Positions 46,638 to 56,253 of a stretch of 64,000 bases of DNA are shown here, in pieces. Position numbers and translations under genes: made by a program. Numbering within the stretch: position 1 is the stretch's first letter; each line of letters begins with the position of its first letter. The DNA comes from an uncultured Candidatus Saccharibacteria bacterium (lineage in GTDB: Bacteria > Patescibacteriota > Doudnabacteria > UBA920). The stretch covers positions 3,540 through 67,539 of the forward strand of contig CAYGEJ010000002.1 in NCBI GenBank assembly GCA_964348935.1. Direction: 5' to 3'. Below the pieces are notes generated by a model. That model worked only from the letters and a program-made list of their open reading frames with translations. It did not search any database and was not told the origin of the DNA.

Positions 46638-47870
46638 TTAATTCGGATAAAATTTTCTTAAAACTTTATAGAGTGATGGGAGTAAATAAGTAACTTGTTT
46701 ACCCACAAAAAAGGGAAAAGCTAATAAATTATTCCAATATAAAATTAAATAACCTTTAACATTTCCCAAAGTAGAATTGCCATAATATTTCGAGCAAGCT
46801 TCTCTAAAATCTGCTATTATTTTTTTTGATTGATTTTCAATTCCAAAAATTTCTAAAGCTCTAGCTCTTGCTAATTTACCCATATGCCGAATTTCATTTT
46901 TGTGTTCTAGCATCCACTCCATATTTTTAAAGTATTGGTCAACATTATCCACTTCGGCCCATAAGGAATACGAGGCATCTAGAATATCAAAATGGTCATT
47001 ATGAAAGTGGGACTTGTGAGTTAAGATTGGGTCTCCTGCAAGCATGGCTTCGCCAATTGCCATCCCTACGGTTTCTCCGTCTTTGCGAGCATGAGCAAGG
47101 ACGTCTATTTCATTATAAAATTTTCCTAAACCTTCAGTTTCGGTAATTGCATTTCTATACTCAATATTCTTCACTCCTAACTTTTCTGCCAAAGCAAGCC
47201 ACATTGGTGGTGGGTTAACCACAATATATTTAACTTTACTTGTATATTTGTCTTCTAATTTTTTAAATGCTTTTAGCGCAATAGGATCAAAAATATTGTC
47301 GTCCGATCTACCAATTCTACCAAATAACAACTGTTCACCAATAGGTTTTTTTTGTAAATACTTTTCTTCAAAATCTTCTAAAGGATTAAAAAAAAGTTTT
47401 ACACCACTAACTCCCCTAGCCTTTATTCTTTCAGCATTTTCTTTTCCTGAAACATAAACCAGTGGTACATTTCCATTGTTAGCAAAGTGTCCGAATGGTG
47501 ATATTAATACCAAAGGAATACTTGCAGGAATAGTATTTATTGGGAATTGATAATGCGCGTAGACAGTTGTATAAACACATTGAATATTATACTGTTTAAG
47601 AATTCTTAAAATACCTGGCATCATACCAAGTAATTTATGAGGCTCCTTCAATTGTTTTCTTTTAAAATTAAACTCGACTATATTAACACCAGATTTTACC
47701 AAATCCCCTGCTAAAGCAGAGTCACTAACGGGACCACCTGCAAAAAATACATTAAAATCCTTACTCAAAATTTTTGCCATTTGTCTTAATAGCTTTTGAG
47801 TACTGCCGTAAAAATAACCTTGTTCATCAAAAATTAATATATTATTTTTGGTCATTTTTAGAACTTTCAA
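46638..47870 (-). CDS. Putative GT-B (GT4-like) glycosyltransferase
   Basis: C-terminal E..G.AIGEAM..G.P.I GT4 motif. Confidence 0.45.
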   Translation of the reverse strand: MKVLKMTKNNILIFDEQGYFYGSTQKLLRQMAKILSKDFNVFFAGGPVSDSALAGDLVKSGVNIVEFNFKRKQLKEPHKLLGMMPGILRILKQYNIQCVYTTVYAHYQFPINTIPASIPLVLISPFGHFANNGNVPLVYVSGKENAERIKARGVSGVKLFFNPLEDFEEKYLQKKPIGEQLLFGRIGRSDDNIFDPIALKAFKKLEDKYTSKVKYIVVNPPPMWLALAEKLGVKNIEYRNAITETEGLGKFYNEIDVLAHARKDGETVGMAIGEAMLAGDPILTHKSHFHNDHFDILDASYSLWAEVDNVDQYFKNMEWMLEHKNEIRHMGKLARARALEIFGIENQSKKIIADFREACSKYYGNSTLGNVKGYLILYWNNLLAFPFFVGKQVTYLLPSLYKVLRKFYPN

Positions 47871-48705
47871 TAGCTACTAAAATTTCTTTTTTCCCTTTGA
47901 CGTATGCCTCTTCCATTTTTTCTAAAGTGAGTCCGTGCTCTAGTTCGTAAAGTCTGGTTGCTACTAGGAGTCTTGAAAAAGCAAACAGCAACCCATTTAA
48001 GAGCCCAATTACACCCATTCGCCAAGCACCCTTTAAATAAAAAAGTCTAAAGTAGTTTGCCATGCTACCAAAAGTATAAAACAAACTAAATTTTCTGCTA
48101 TGACTTTCAATTTTATATCTAGCTTCTTCATTAGCATACCTTAAATGGCCTTGTACAAACTTATTCATGTCATACAAGCTAAAATGATAAATTGCCACTT
48201 TTTCACTGTAAGACAAGGTTAACTGCTCCTCTGGCTTTCCTAAAAATGTGCCGAAATGGTGGATAAAGTTTCCTTTAAAAGATACAAAATCGTGCATAAA
48301 AAAATTACCGTACTTTGCACGCATCATTTTATGTTTTATATCTCCCCACATATAAGTATAAACTGGAATATTAACCAATTTATATTTTTCCTGAGTAGAT
48401 AACTCCACCATTTTTTGGAGCAGTTCCAAAGTTAACATATTATCTGTCCAGCCCCAATACAGCCATGGGGTTTTTATATACTGTTTTATAAACAAATAAG
48501 TTTCTTCGGTTTCAATAAACGGTTCTTTAGTTTTAGGACGAACTATAAAAGGCACGCCTAATTTTTCAACAATTTCTTTAGTATTATCTGTGCTGTGGTC
48601 ATCAAAAACTATTACCTCACCAAAAGGTAATACATTACGTATAACATATTCTATTCTGTATGCATCGTTATACGAGAATAAAATAAAAGTAATATTTTTA
48701 GTCAC
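47842..48705 (-). CDS. Family 2 glycosyltransferase
   Basis: ITFILFSYNDAYRIEYVI...VIVFDDHSTDNT. Confidence 0.7.
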   Translation of the reverse strand: MTKNITFILFSYNDAYRIEYVIRNVLPFGEVIVFDDHSTDNTKEIVEKLGVPFIVRPKTKEPFIETEETYLFIKQYIKTPWLYWGWTDNMLTLELLQKMVELSTQEKYKLVNIPVYTYMWGDIKHKMMRAKYGNFFMHDFVSFKGNFIHHFGTFLGKPEEQLTLSYSEKVAIYHFSLYDMNKFVQGHLRYANEEARYKIESHSRKFSLFYTFGSMANYFRLFYLKGAWRMGVIGLLNGLLFAFSRLLVATRLYELEHGLTLEKMEEAYVKGKKEILVAIESSKNDQK

Positions 48706-48729
48706 AATATAAAATATTAATAACTAAAC

Positions 48730-50028
48730 TTAGTAACTAGACGGGGTTTGATTTTGGTATTTTTGTGTCTCAGAATAAAGCAAGCCTTTTTGTAACAAAA
48801 ACTCTCTAACTATTTTAGTTAAATAATCTATCATATCGTCGTTAAGACCATGATGAGCTGCAACCAAAAAAGTATTTTTCATAACCATATCTGACCCAGC
48901 AAGCTCACCTGAGACTTTAATTCCGTACTTATTATTTTTATAGGCGGGATGCCTTAAAATATTACCAGCAAACAATACCCTAGTTTGAATATGGTTGGTT
49001 TCTAAAAATCTTAACAATTCTTTTCTAACAATTCCACTTTCGGGACGAATTGTCACAGGAAACGCTAACCAATATACTTCTGCACCGGGAATTTCTTCAG
49101 GGACAATAAAAAACTGTTCGAATTGTTTAAAGAAACGGTAAATTTTTTCAAAATTACTTCTACGAATTTTATTAAATTCAGCAAGTCGATTTAACTGCAC
49201 AAGCCCAAAAGCAGCCTGCATTTCTACAGCTTTCATATTGTAACCAACTTCTAAAAAAGCAAACTTTCCGTCGTAATCTATATTGTCTAGTTTAAAGTTG
49301 TATCGTTCTTCAAAGGCACCTTCGTAATGTTCGTAATGTTCAGGAAGAGCTCTTCCCCAGTCTCTTAGTATTTTGGCTCGTGTAATCATTTCAAAATCAT
49401 CACACATTATCATTCCACCACCACCGCCTGCTGTAATATTATGAGAAGCATAAAAACTTGTAGTTGTTATATCTGCCCAACTACCACTTGGCCTGCCTAA
49501 ATACTTTCCGCCAATACTATCACAACTATCTTCAATTAATTTTAATTTGTATTTATCACAGATAGCCCTCAATCTGGCCATGTCGTTAATGTTTCCCATA
49601 ATTTGCGGAAGCATTATGGCAACAGTTCTAAAAGTAATAGCTGCTTCAATTTTATCTATATCAATATTGTAATTTCCGGGTTTGGAGTCTACTAATACCG
49701 GGATTAAACCTTTTTGTACAATTGGAGCAATAGTTGTACCAAAAGTCATAGCAGGAGTAATTACTTCACTACCTTTAGGAAAATTTAAAAGTTCAAAGGC
49801 TAACAAGTTGGCAGCAGAACCGGAATTAACAAACAAGCCGTATTTTTTTCCAAAAATCTCGGCAACTCTTTTTTCAAATTCAATTGTGTATTTACCGTTC
49901 CCTAACCAATCTTCATTCAAAGCCTTCACCACTGCTTGAATTTCTTCTTGTCCATAAACAGATTTGGTGTAATATATCCAATCTTCGCCTGGTTTAAATT
50001 TCTGTTCTGGGTTTAATAAATAGTTCAT
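48730..50028 (-). CDS. DegT/DnrJ/EryC1/StrS-family PLP-dependent sugar aminotransferase or dehydratase (long RfbH/E1-like form)
   Basis: FVNSGSAANLLA, the PLP-Lys region, and a length of about 432 aa similar to CDP-4-keto-6-deoxyglucose 3-dehydratase-type members. Confidence 0.8.
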   Translation of the reverse strand: MNYLLNPEQKFKPGEDWIYYTKSVYGQEEIQAVVKALNEDWLGNGKYTIEFEKRVAEIFGKKYGLFVNSGSAANLLAFELLNFPKGSEVITPAMTFGTTIAPIVQKGLIPVLVDSKPGNYNIDIDKIEAAITFRTVAIMLPQIMGNINDMARLRAICDKYKLKLIEDSCDSIGGKYLGRPSGSWADITTTSFYASHNITAGGGGGMIMCDDFEMITRAKILRDWGRALPEHYEHYEGAFEERYNFKLDNIDYDGKFAFLEVGYNMKAVEMQAAFGLVQLNRLAEFNKIRRSNFEKIYRFFKQFEQFFIVPEEIPGAEVYWLAFPVTIRPESGIVRKELLRFLETNHIQTRVLFAGNILRHPAYKNNKYGIKVSGELAGSDMVMKNTFLVAAHHGLNDDMIDYLTKIVREFLLQKGLLYSETQKYQNQTPSSY

Positions 50029-50161
50029 ATTTACGCCTAAAATAATGATTTTCTTGAATTAGTATACAATTTTCTACCCTTTTTGTCTATATCTAAAAAC
50101 TCTAGACAAAAGCTCTATTTCTAAGTACAATATTAGGTCATCTCAAAAGGAGGATGATACC

Positions 50162-50776
50162 ATGAGTGACCAAGGAATTGGATTAACCCCCGCTGAGCAA
50201 AACCAGCTCATCTATCTCCTAGGCAGATTGCAGCAACCGTGGCCTCGGGAAGTTTACAATGCCTTCGCAAGCATCATCTGCTTCACCGCAATTGAGGTGG
50301 CGCTGTTGCGGATGCACGAGGGGCGCCTGCAAATCCTGCTTACCGAAAGAACTGGTGACGAATTCTACGCCGGGAAGTTTCATTCCCCCGGAAGCATGCT
50401 TCGGGCCACTGACGTAGTGAAAACTGACGGGCTCGACCCTTCGGCTTGCACCTACGAAAATGCGATTAAAAGGGTGCTGGTGCAAGACTTGGGATTCCCA
50501 GAAATGATGGTTGAAGAGGATTGGACAATGTATTTTAACTCCCTCCCTCTGGCCATCCCTGGCTTCCCCTACAACACTCCCCGGGGACCGGAAAACTGCC
50601 TGCTGATAATTGGCGAACTTGCTGAAGTTCCGGCACAGGGAGCTTATGTCGACATTGAAAAAGTACTCAACAATCCAGTGGACTTTTTTATGATCCCCCA
50701 CAACCTCCTAGTCATCCGGCGGGCGAAATGGGCATTTAACCTACTCTACCAACTTCGGAATATTGAAGGGTGGTAA
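50162..50776 (+). CDS. GC-rich (apparently acquired) gene: Nudix-fold protein with a degenerate Nudix box
   Basis: GC is far higher than the flanks. The Nudix-fold alignment is VALLRMHEGRLQILLTER...AGKFHSPGSML...YENAIKRVLVQDLGF, with RE..EE replaced by KR..QD. It has its own SD (AAAGGAGGA) and a GC-rich terminator. Confidence 0.55.
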   Translation: MSDQGIGLTPAEQNQLIYLLGRLQQPWPREVYNAFASIICFTAIEVALLRMHEGRLQILLTERTGDEFYAGKFHSPGSMLRATDVVKTDGLDPSACTYENAIKRVLVQDLGFPEMMVEEDWTMYFNSLPLAIPGFPYNTPRGPENCLLIIGELAEVPAQGAYVDIEKVLNNPVDFFMIPHNLLVIRRAKWAFNLLYQLRNIEGW

Positions 50777-50787
50777 ACTCAAACAAC

Positions 50788-50826
50788 ACCGCCGCGACTC
50801 AACACGAGACGCGGCGGTAATTTTTT
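50788..50826 (+). terminator. GC-rich rho-independent terminator
   Basis: accgccgcg ... cgcggcggt followed by TTTTTT. Confidence 0.6.
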
Positions 50827-50830
50827 ATAT

Positions 50831-51661
50831 TTAATTATAGAATGTATTATATAATAGTTTGTCTACTTTATTTTTAGCCACTTCACCTTTTGCAATTCTT
50901 GCAATTTTGTTTATCCAATCTTGGATAAAGGTATTTACCAATGGCTTAACTATTACGGTTTTATATTTAAACTTATTTATATTTTCTAAAACTTTTACAA
51001 ACTCCTGTGCTATATCTTCCACATAAGCTAATTGAACTTTAACATTATTTGTAACTTTAAATTCTTTCCAAGTCTTTATATTTTCAATAATTTGAGGAGT
51101 TAACCGAAGTGGTTTAACATAAGTATCCCCTATGCCAAAAGCAGTAGGGTACTTTAATAAAACAACTGGCAATTCTTTGTTAGTTAAGTACGGACTTATA
51201 AAAAGGTCACTAACAGTTTTAGAAAAGTCGTAAGGCTTTGCCCATAAATTTTCTATTTCTTCTTCTGTGATATTAGAGCTTACCGCCCTGCTACTAGATG
51301 CCAGTACCAAGCCTTTTAAATTCTTCTGTCCTTTTACTGCTTCTACTATATTAAAGGTTGAGGCTACATTGCCCATTAAAGCTTCCTGCATATTTTTTGG
51401 TCTAAGCACTCCAGCTAAATGAACAATATAATCAAAATTATTTTTTACTAATATTTTTTTAGTTTCTGTGAGACTATTTAAATTACAAAATAATATTTTA
51501 GTTTTTTTATTTAAACTGGATTTGTAAAAATTATTTTCTCGATTTTCATTTCTAACAATACAGAATAAATCCGCACCTTGGCTTAAAAGTGCCTTCGCTA
51601 CATAACCACCAATAAAACCTGTTGCCCCAGTTAATAATACTTTTCTACCTTTTAGTGACAT
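50831..51661 (-). CDS. NAD(P)-binding epimerase/dehydratase-family protein (short, atypical)
   Basis: VLLTGATGFIGGYVAKAL Rossmann motif; 276 aa. Confidence 0.65.
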   Translation of the reverse strand: MSLKGRKVLLTGATGFIGGYVAKALLSQGADLFCIVRNENRENNFYKSSLNKKTKILFCNLNSLTETKKILVKNNFDYIVHLAGVLRPKNMQEALMGNVASTFNIVEAVKGQKNLKGLVLASSSRAVSSNITEEEIENLWAKPYDFSKTVSDLFISPYLTNKELPVVLLKYPTAFGIGDTYVKPLRLTPQIIENIKTWKEFKVTNNVKVQLAYVEDIAQEFVKVLENINKFKYKTVIVKPLVNTFIQDWINKIARIAKGEVAKNKVDKLLYNTFYN

Positions 51662-51664
51662 TAT

Positions 51665-53218
51665 TTATGAAATTCTTAAAAACTTAAACACAAAAGACTT
51701 CAATATTGTTGAATCTTCCTTATTCATAAAACCAAAAATATAATACAGACCAAAGTACAGTACTATAGATAGCGGACCTATAACAATAAGCGTCCATACC
51801 GAATTCACCAGATCGACTAAGGCAAAGTGAATAACTAATGCGTCTATAATCGCAGTAAAAATTAACTTAGCGTACAAGATTAAGTAGTCGTTTAATCTCC
51901 CAGACAAAACAAATAAATTTTTCTCAATCCAATAAAAAGCATAGCTCATGGGGAGCACAGAAATAAAATAAGCCCAAGCCGCGCCCATAATCCCAAACCT
52001 TGGCACAAAAATAATCAACAAAATAAAATTTACTACCGCCATAAATATTGACTGCTTGATTAAAAATTTTACTTTCCCCAAACCAAGTAGCAATCCCTGC
52101 AGTGGCATGTATAGAGCGATTAAAAAATAAGTCAGTGTTAACACTATTAATACCTTAGCACCACGATCTGCATACTCTTGGCCAAGCCAAAAAAATAATA
52201 TTTTTTCGCCAAATAACATAATGGAGACAGTTACCGCAGCTGAAATTACGTGCAAATTCCTAAACGCTCTAATATAAATATTCTTCAACTTTTCCTTATC
52301 CCCTGCCCCGGAAAATTCACTCGCCATAGGAAAAAGCATTTGTCCGAAAGTGTTAGTAACAACAGACGTCTTCATTGCCACATTCCCAGGCACACTATAA
52401 AACGGTAACTGTGCCGGCCCCAAAAATATTGGAATTAATAATCTATCCAAAAAAATTAAACTACTAGAAGCGAGATTGGCCGCAAAAGCTAAAAAACCAA
52501 ATTTATATGCTTTTACTAATTCGGACTTAACAAATGTAAAATTTAATTTTAATTCAGGCATTATCTTTCTTACAAAATAATGAAAAAATATTAAAGTTAC
52601 CAATGCCAACAAAGCATTTAAAACCATTAATGCTTTTAACCTGTAATGCATTTCTAACAATACAATACTGCCAATACTACTTACAGCTAAACTAGCTAGA
52701 TTTAATTTGGTTAACAAATCAAATCTTTGAAGAGCAGTTAATACTGCACCATAAACTGTACTTAAACTAGTAAACAAAAAAGTAATCCCTGCAAATAAAA
52801 AAACAATAAAAATATGATTTACACTAGTAAAGCCAATATTAAATAACGGTAAAAACCATTTTCCTAAAACAAAAAAAATCATTAAGCCTAATAGCCCGGT
52901 TATTAAGAATAATAGCCTCGCAGAACTTAATAAATCTTTTAAACCTTCAATATTACCACTACCTTTATATTCAGATGCAAACTTGGTTACTGCAGTACTT
53001 AAACCCAAGTCAACATAATTAATAAATGAGCTTATTGCGTTAATTAAAATTAAAATCCCATACTCACTGGCGCCAAGTTTTATTACCATCATCCTGGTCA
53101 ACAAGATAGTAAAAACCATTGGCAATAAAAAGTTGGCAAACAAAAATACTGAATTTCTTAAAGTTTTATATGATAGTGAGCTTTCTTCCATTAATTTATT
53201 CCTTATAATTTTGTTCAA
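51665..53218 (-). CDS. MOP-superfamily polysaccharide flippase (Wzx-like)
   Basis: About 14 TM helices, 517 aa, with the Polysacc_synt-type organisation. Confidence 0.7.
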   Translation of the reverse strand: MNKIIRNKLMEESSLSYKTLRNSVFLFANFLLPMVFTILLTRMMVIKLGASEYGILILINAISSFINYVDLGLSTAVTKFASEYKGSGNIEGLKDLLSSARLLFLITGLLGLMIFFVLGKWFLPLFNIGFTSVNHIFIVFLFAGITFLFTSLSTVYGAVLTALQRFDLLTKLNLASLAVSSIGSIVLLEMHYRLKALMVLNALLALVTLIFFHYFVRKIMPELKLNFTFVKSELVKAYKFGFLAFAANLASSSLIFLDRLLIPIFLGPAQLPFYSVPGNVAMKTSVVTNTFGQMLFPMASEFSGAGDKEKLKNIYIRAFRNLHVISAAVTVSIMLFGEKILFFWLGQEYADRGAKVLIVLTLTYFLIALYMPLQGLLLGLGKVKFLIKQSIFMAVVNFILLIIFVPRFGIMGAAWAYFISVLPMSYAFYWIEKNLFVLSGRLNDYLILYAKLIFTAIIDALVIHFALVDLVNSVWTLIVIGPLSIVLYFGLYYIFGFMNKEDSTILKSFVFKFLRIS

Positions 53219-53954
53219 AATTTTTCAGTTCGTCAGGTGTCCCAATTATCCACCGGGTTAAAACTGATGCAATTTTAATGTGTTTGCCTGCTACAATTAG
53301 TTCGTTATAACACGGACCAACATAAAATTCATTATTATAGGTTTTGTTGCCGGCAAATTGGGTTTCCGCTGCTTGCACGTAGTCCGAGCCTTTTTTAAAA
53401 TAGTACATACCAATCGTCGCCAAATTGGATATTGCCTGTTTTTCTGCCACCTCTACCACATTTCCACCACTATCAACTTTCGCATAACTATAGCTTGGGT
53501 TAGTTGCTTCAAAGCAAGGAATAACCCCATCTGGGTCTTCTTTAACAATTATATCCCAAATATTGCTGGTCATATAAGTATCGCAATTGTAAATAAACAG
53601 CTTACTGTCGTTGTCTATGTACTGCTTGGCAAGCATACACGATTTACTTTGACCATTTAAAACCCCAGTCGCAGGAATAACTATAGTCTGTTCTCCAAAC
53701 AGTGCTTTGAGCTTAACGTCTATTTGATACTTTTCTATATGTTCATGCAAAACCACAAAAATCAATCTGTAATTCTGAATTTTATCTAAAAAATTAAAAG
53801 ACTTCATTGCCCACTCCACCATAGTCTTTCCCAATACCGGTATTAAAGGTTTTGGATCTATAAACCCTGCCTGAACAAACCTAGAACCCATTCCGGCCAT
53901 TGGAATTAAAATATTCACCTGTGCTTGATTTTCTGAATAAAATTTTGAGTCCAC
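53196..53954 (-). CDS. NTP-transferase-fold protein (putative (cyclitol/alcohol/sugar)-phosphate cytidylyl- or nucleotidyltransferase)
   Basis: ILIPMAGMGSRF...KPLIPVLGKTMVEW glycine-rich nucleotide-binding N-terminus, as in IspD/LicC/NTP_transf_3. Confidence 0.5.
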   Translation of the reverse strand: MDSKFYSENQAQVNILIPMAGMGSRFVQAGFIDPKPLIPVLGKTMVEWAMKSFNFLDKIQNYRLIFVVLHEHIEKYQIDVKLKALFGEQTIVIPATGVLNGQSKSCMLAKQYIDNDSKLFIYNCDTYMTSNIWDIIVKEDPDGVIPCFEATNPSYSYAKVDSGGNVVEVAEKQAISNLATIGMYYFKKGSDYVQAAETQFAGNKTYNNEFYVGPCYNELIVAGKHIKIASVLTRWIIGTPDELKNFEQNYKE

Positions 53955-54116
53955 ATGCTTCCTTTTCTCATACCTAAGTATGGCTTAAAAACAAACCCTC
54001 AATTAGGTTAATTATTCAAAGTTATTGTAGCATTTTTTCCACCCAAACAACAATATTTAAAGCTTTAAATTAAATTGACACTGAGCCTTAAAAATAGGTA
54101 TGATACCTAAAATAAT

Positions 54117-55097
54117 ATGCATATGGAAGTCACTAAACTAAAGGGCGGAAGTCTTAGCGGAACCTATTTATACCAGGAAAAAAATGCTTCCTTTATTCGA
54201 AAAAAGGTGTCTTTAAACGAAAATAGAGAATTTGGTTTTTATCGCTGGTTTTCACAATTGAAAAAACTCCAGTCTCTAGGACGAGAGTTCCCAAATCTAT
54301 TTCCAAGGGTAACCAACATTGGTACCGAAGAAAATACAGCATTTTATGATATGGAGTATATTGCCAATGCTCTTACTGGTTTTGAATTCTTAACAAGCAA
54401 TAGACCCCAAACAGAAGTTGATATTTTTTTTCAAAAACTGATCACAGCTATGGAGTCTATTCATAGTATAAAAATTCCTTCTTTTAAAGGTGGATTGGAT
54501 TTATATTTAGACCAAGAAGTTAGACAAGCTATTGAACTTTGCAAATCCGAGCCATTTTTTTCATCATTCTTGGAATATAAAACCATTTTTTTTAACGGCA
54601 AAGAAACCAAGCCACTACTAGCAAATTTAGATAAATTTTATTTACTTGCTAACAAATATTACACAAAACCTGAAGAATGTTTAACCCACGGAAACATTAC
54701 TTTAGAAAATATTCTTTATATTCCCGAATCCCAACGGATAGTATTCATTGATCTTTACCAAGAAAATTATGTAGATACAATATACAATGAATATTCTCAA
54801 ATTTTACAAAGCTCAAATAGCTACTATGAAGTCTACAATTCCAATTCCGCCCAAGCTGAAATTCAAGAAAATAAAGTACAAATTCATGCGGATAGAATTC
54901 CAAATCTAGATTACTTTAATACCCTATTCAATAACTATTTAAACTCCAAACTGTCACCTGAGGAATACAAACTGACAAAACTCTACGAAGTGACTCAGTT
55001 TACCAGACTGCTCCCTTTTAAGAAAGTTGTCGCCAAAGATAAAATGATTTTCTTTTACGCCCTAGCTTCTAATTTACTCGAGACAATTTCAGAATAA
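54117..55097 (+). CDS. APH/choline-kinase-like phosphotransferase
   Basis: Brenner-like catalytic loop LTHGNITLENILY and IVFIDLY (the DFG-equivalent). Confidence 0.5.
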   Translation: MHMEVTKLKGGSLSGTYLYQEKNASFIRKKVSLNENREFGFYRWFSQLKKLQSLGREFPNLFPRVTNIGTEENTAFYDMEYIANALTGFEFLTSNRPQTEVDIFFQKLITAMESIHSIKIPSFKGGLDLYLDQEVRQAIELCKSEPFFSSFLEYKTIFFNGKETKPLLANLDKFYLLANKYYTKPEECLTHGNITLENILYIPESQRIVFIDLYQENYVDTIYNEYSQILQSSNSYYEVYNSNSAQAEIQENKVQIHADRIPNLDYFNTLFNNYLNSKLSPEEYKLTKLYEVTQFTRLLPFKKVVAKDKMIFFYALASNLLETISE

Positions 55098-55104
55098 ACA
55101 TTTT

Positions 55105-56253
55105 ATGGATTTTATCCCAATTATAACCTCTAAACAAAAATGGACTGTGGAAGCCAAACTCCCCACAACTTTTTTTGTGCAGTTCTCTAATAATTTATTT
55201 GAACCTGAAAATAAAGATTTACTAAGCACTGGAAAAACAGGTAAAGGTGCGAGAAGGCTTATGGTAATTGACGAAAATGTTTATCTACATCATGGAAAAA
55301 AAATAGAAAACTATTTTTCACAAAATGGTATTACCCACAGTACCCTCTTGCTAAAATCCGAAGAAATTAAGAAAGACTGGGAAACCACTATTCAAATTTT
55401 ACATGCAATGGAAAACTTTAAATTGGAACGCACTGGCGAACCAGTAATTGCCATAGGTGGTGGAATTCTTTTAGACTTAGCCGGATTTGCCGCAAACTTA
55501 TACAGACGTGGCGTACCATACATTCGAGTACCAACAACCCTACTTGCTTTAGTGGATGCCAGTGTTGGTGTAAAAACAGGGATAAACCATTTTGGCAGAC
55601 GCAACAGACTCGGCTCTTACTATGCCCCGGTAGGAAGTTTTTTGGATTCATCTTTTTTAACAACTCTACCCGAAAAAGATTTAAGTAACGGTTGTGGTGA
55701 AATTTTAAAAATGGCAGTAATTAAAGATGCTAGCTTATTTTCCCTTCTTGAAAATTTTGGCAAAAAACTAATTGAAAATAAATTTCAGCCGAGCATCGAA
55801 AGCACAGAAGTTATTTACCGCTCCATTCAAGGTATGATTGAAGAACTAGAACCCAACCTTTGGGAAACAGATATGCGTAGGTTGGTAAATTTTGGCCATT
55901 CTTTTAGCCCTATGGTGGAAATGAACGCTCTACCAGAACTTTCACATGGTGAGGCTGTTGCTCTAGATGTTTTATTTTCCAGTATTATTTCGGTAGAACG
56001 CGGACTTATGCGTTTGGACGAAGTCTACAGAATTTATGAAACTATGAAATCTTTAGGACTACCCACCTATCATGAATTATTTAAAAACCAACAAATTCTA
56101 GAAGAAAGTCTAGCGGACACAATACGCCACCGTAATGGGGCTCAAGAGTTACCAATCCCGGTTTCCATTGGTCGTGCCATTTTTATAAACGATATAAACG
56201 CACAAGAAATTAAGAACGCAGCTGAAATAATGAGAAATAAGTTTACTATATGA
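55105..56253 (+). CDS. 3-dehydroquinate-synthase-like sugar-phosphate cyclase
   Basis: GGGILLDLAGFAA, RVPTTLLALVDASVGVKTGINHFGRRNRLGSYYAP and the metal-binding SHGEAVALD. Confidence 0.8.
   Translation: MDFIPIITSKQKWTVEAKLPTTFFVQFSNNLFEPENKDLLSTGKTGKGARRLMVIDENVYLHHGKKIENYFSQNGITHSTLLLKSEEIKKDWETTIQILHAMENFKLERTGEPVIAIGGGILLDLAGFAANLYRRGVPYIRVPTTLLALVDASVGVKTGINHFGRRNRLGSYYAPVGSFLDSSFLTTLPEKDLSNGCGEILKMAVIKDASLFSLLENFGKKLIENKFQPSIESTEVIYRSIQGMIEELEPNLWETDMRRLVNFGHSFSPMVEMNALPELSHGEAVALDVLFSSIISVERGLMRLDEVYRIYETMKSLGLPTYHELFKNQQILEESLADTIRHRNGAQELPIPVSIGRAIFINDINAQEIKNAAEIMRNKFTI

Noticed and set aside
50219-50701. 160-aa minus-strand ORF inside the Nudix-like gene
   Set aside because: It is antisense within a GC-rich island, a compositional artefact. 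The plus-strand frame has the SD, the terminator and a recognisable fold.
53196-55097. Straightforward LicC/LicA (phosphocholine) annotation of the NTP-transferase and kinase pair
   Set aside because: The genes are divergently oriented, and the kinase catalytic loop is atypical (HGNxxxEN rather than HGDxxxxN). The adjacent DHQS-like, AKR and IMPase-like genes have no role in phosphocholine metabolism. The generic call was therefore retained and the cyclitol hypothesis raised instead.
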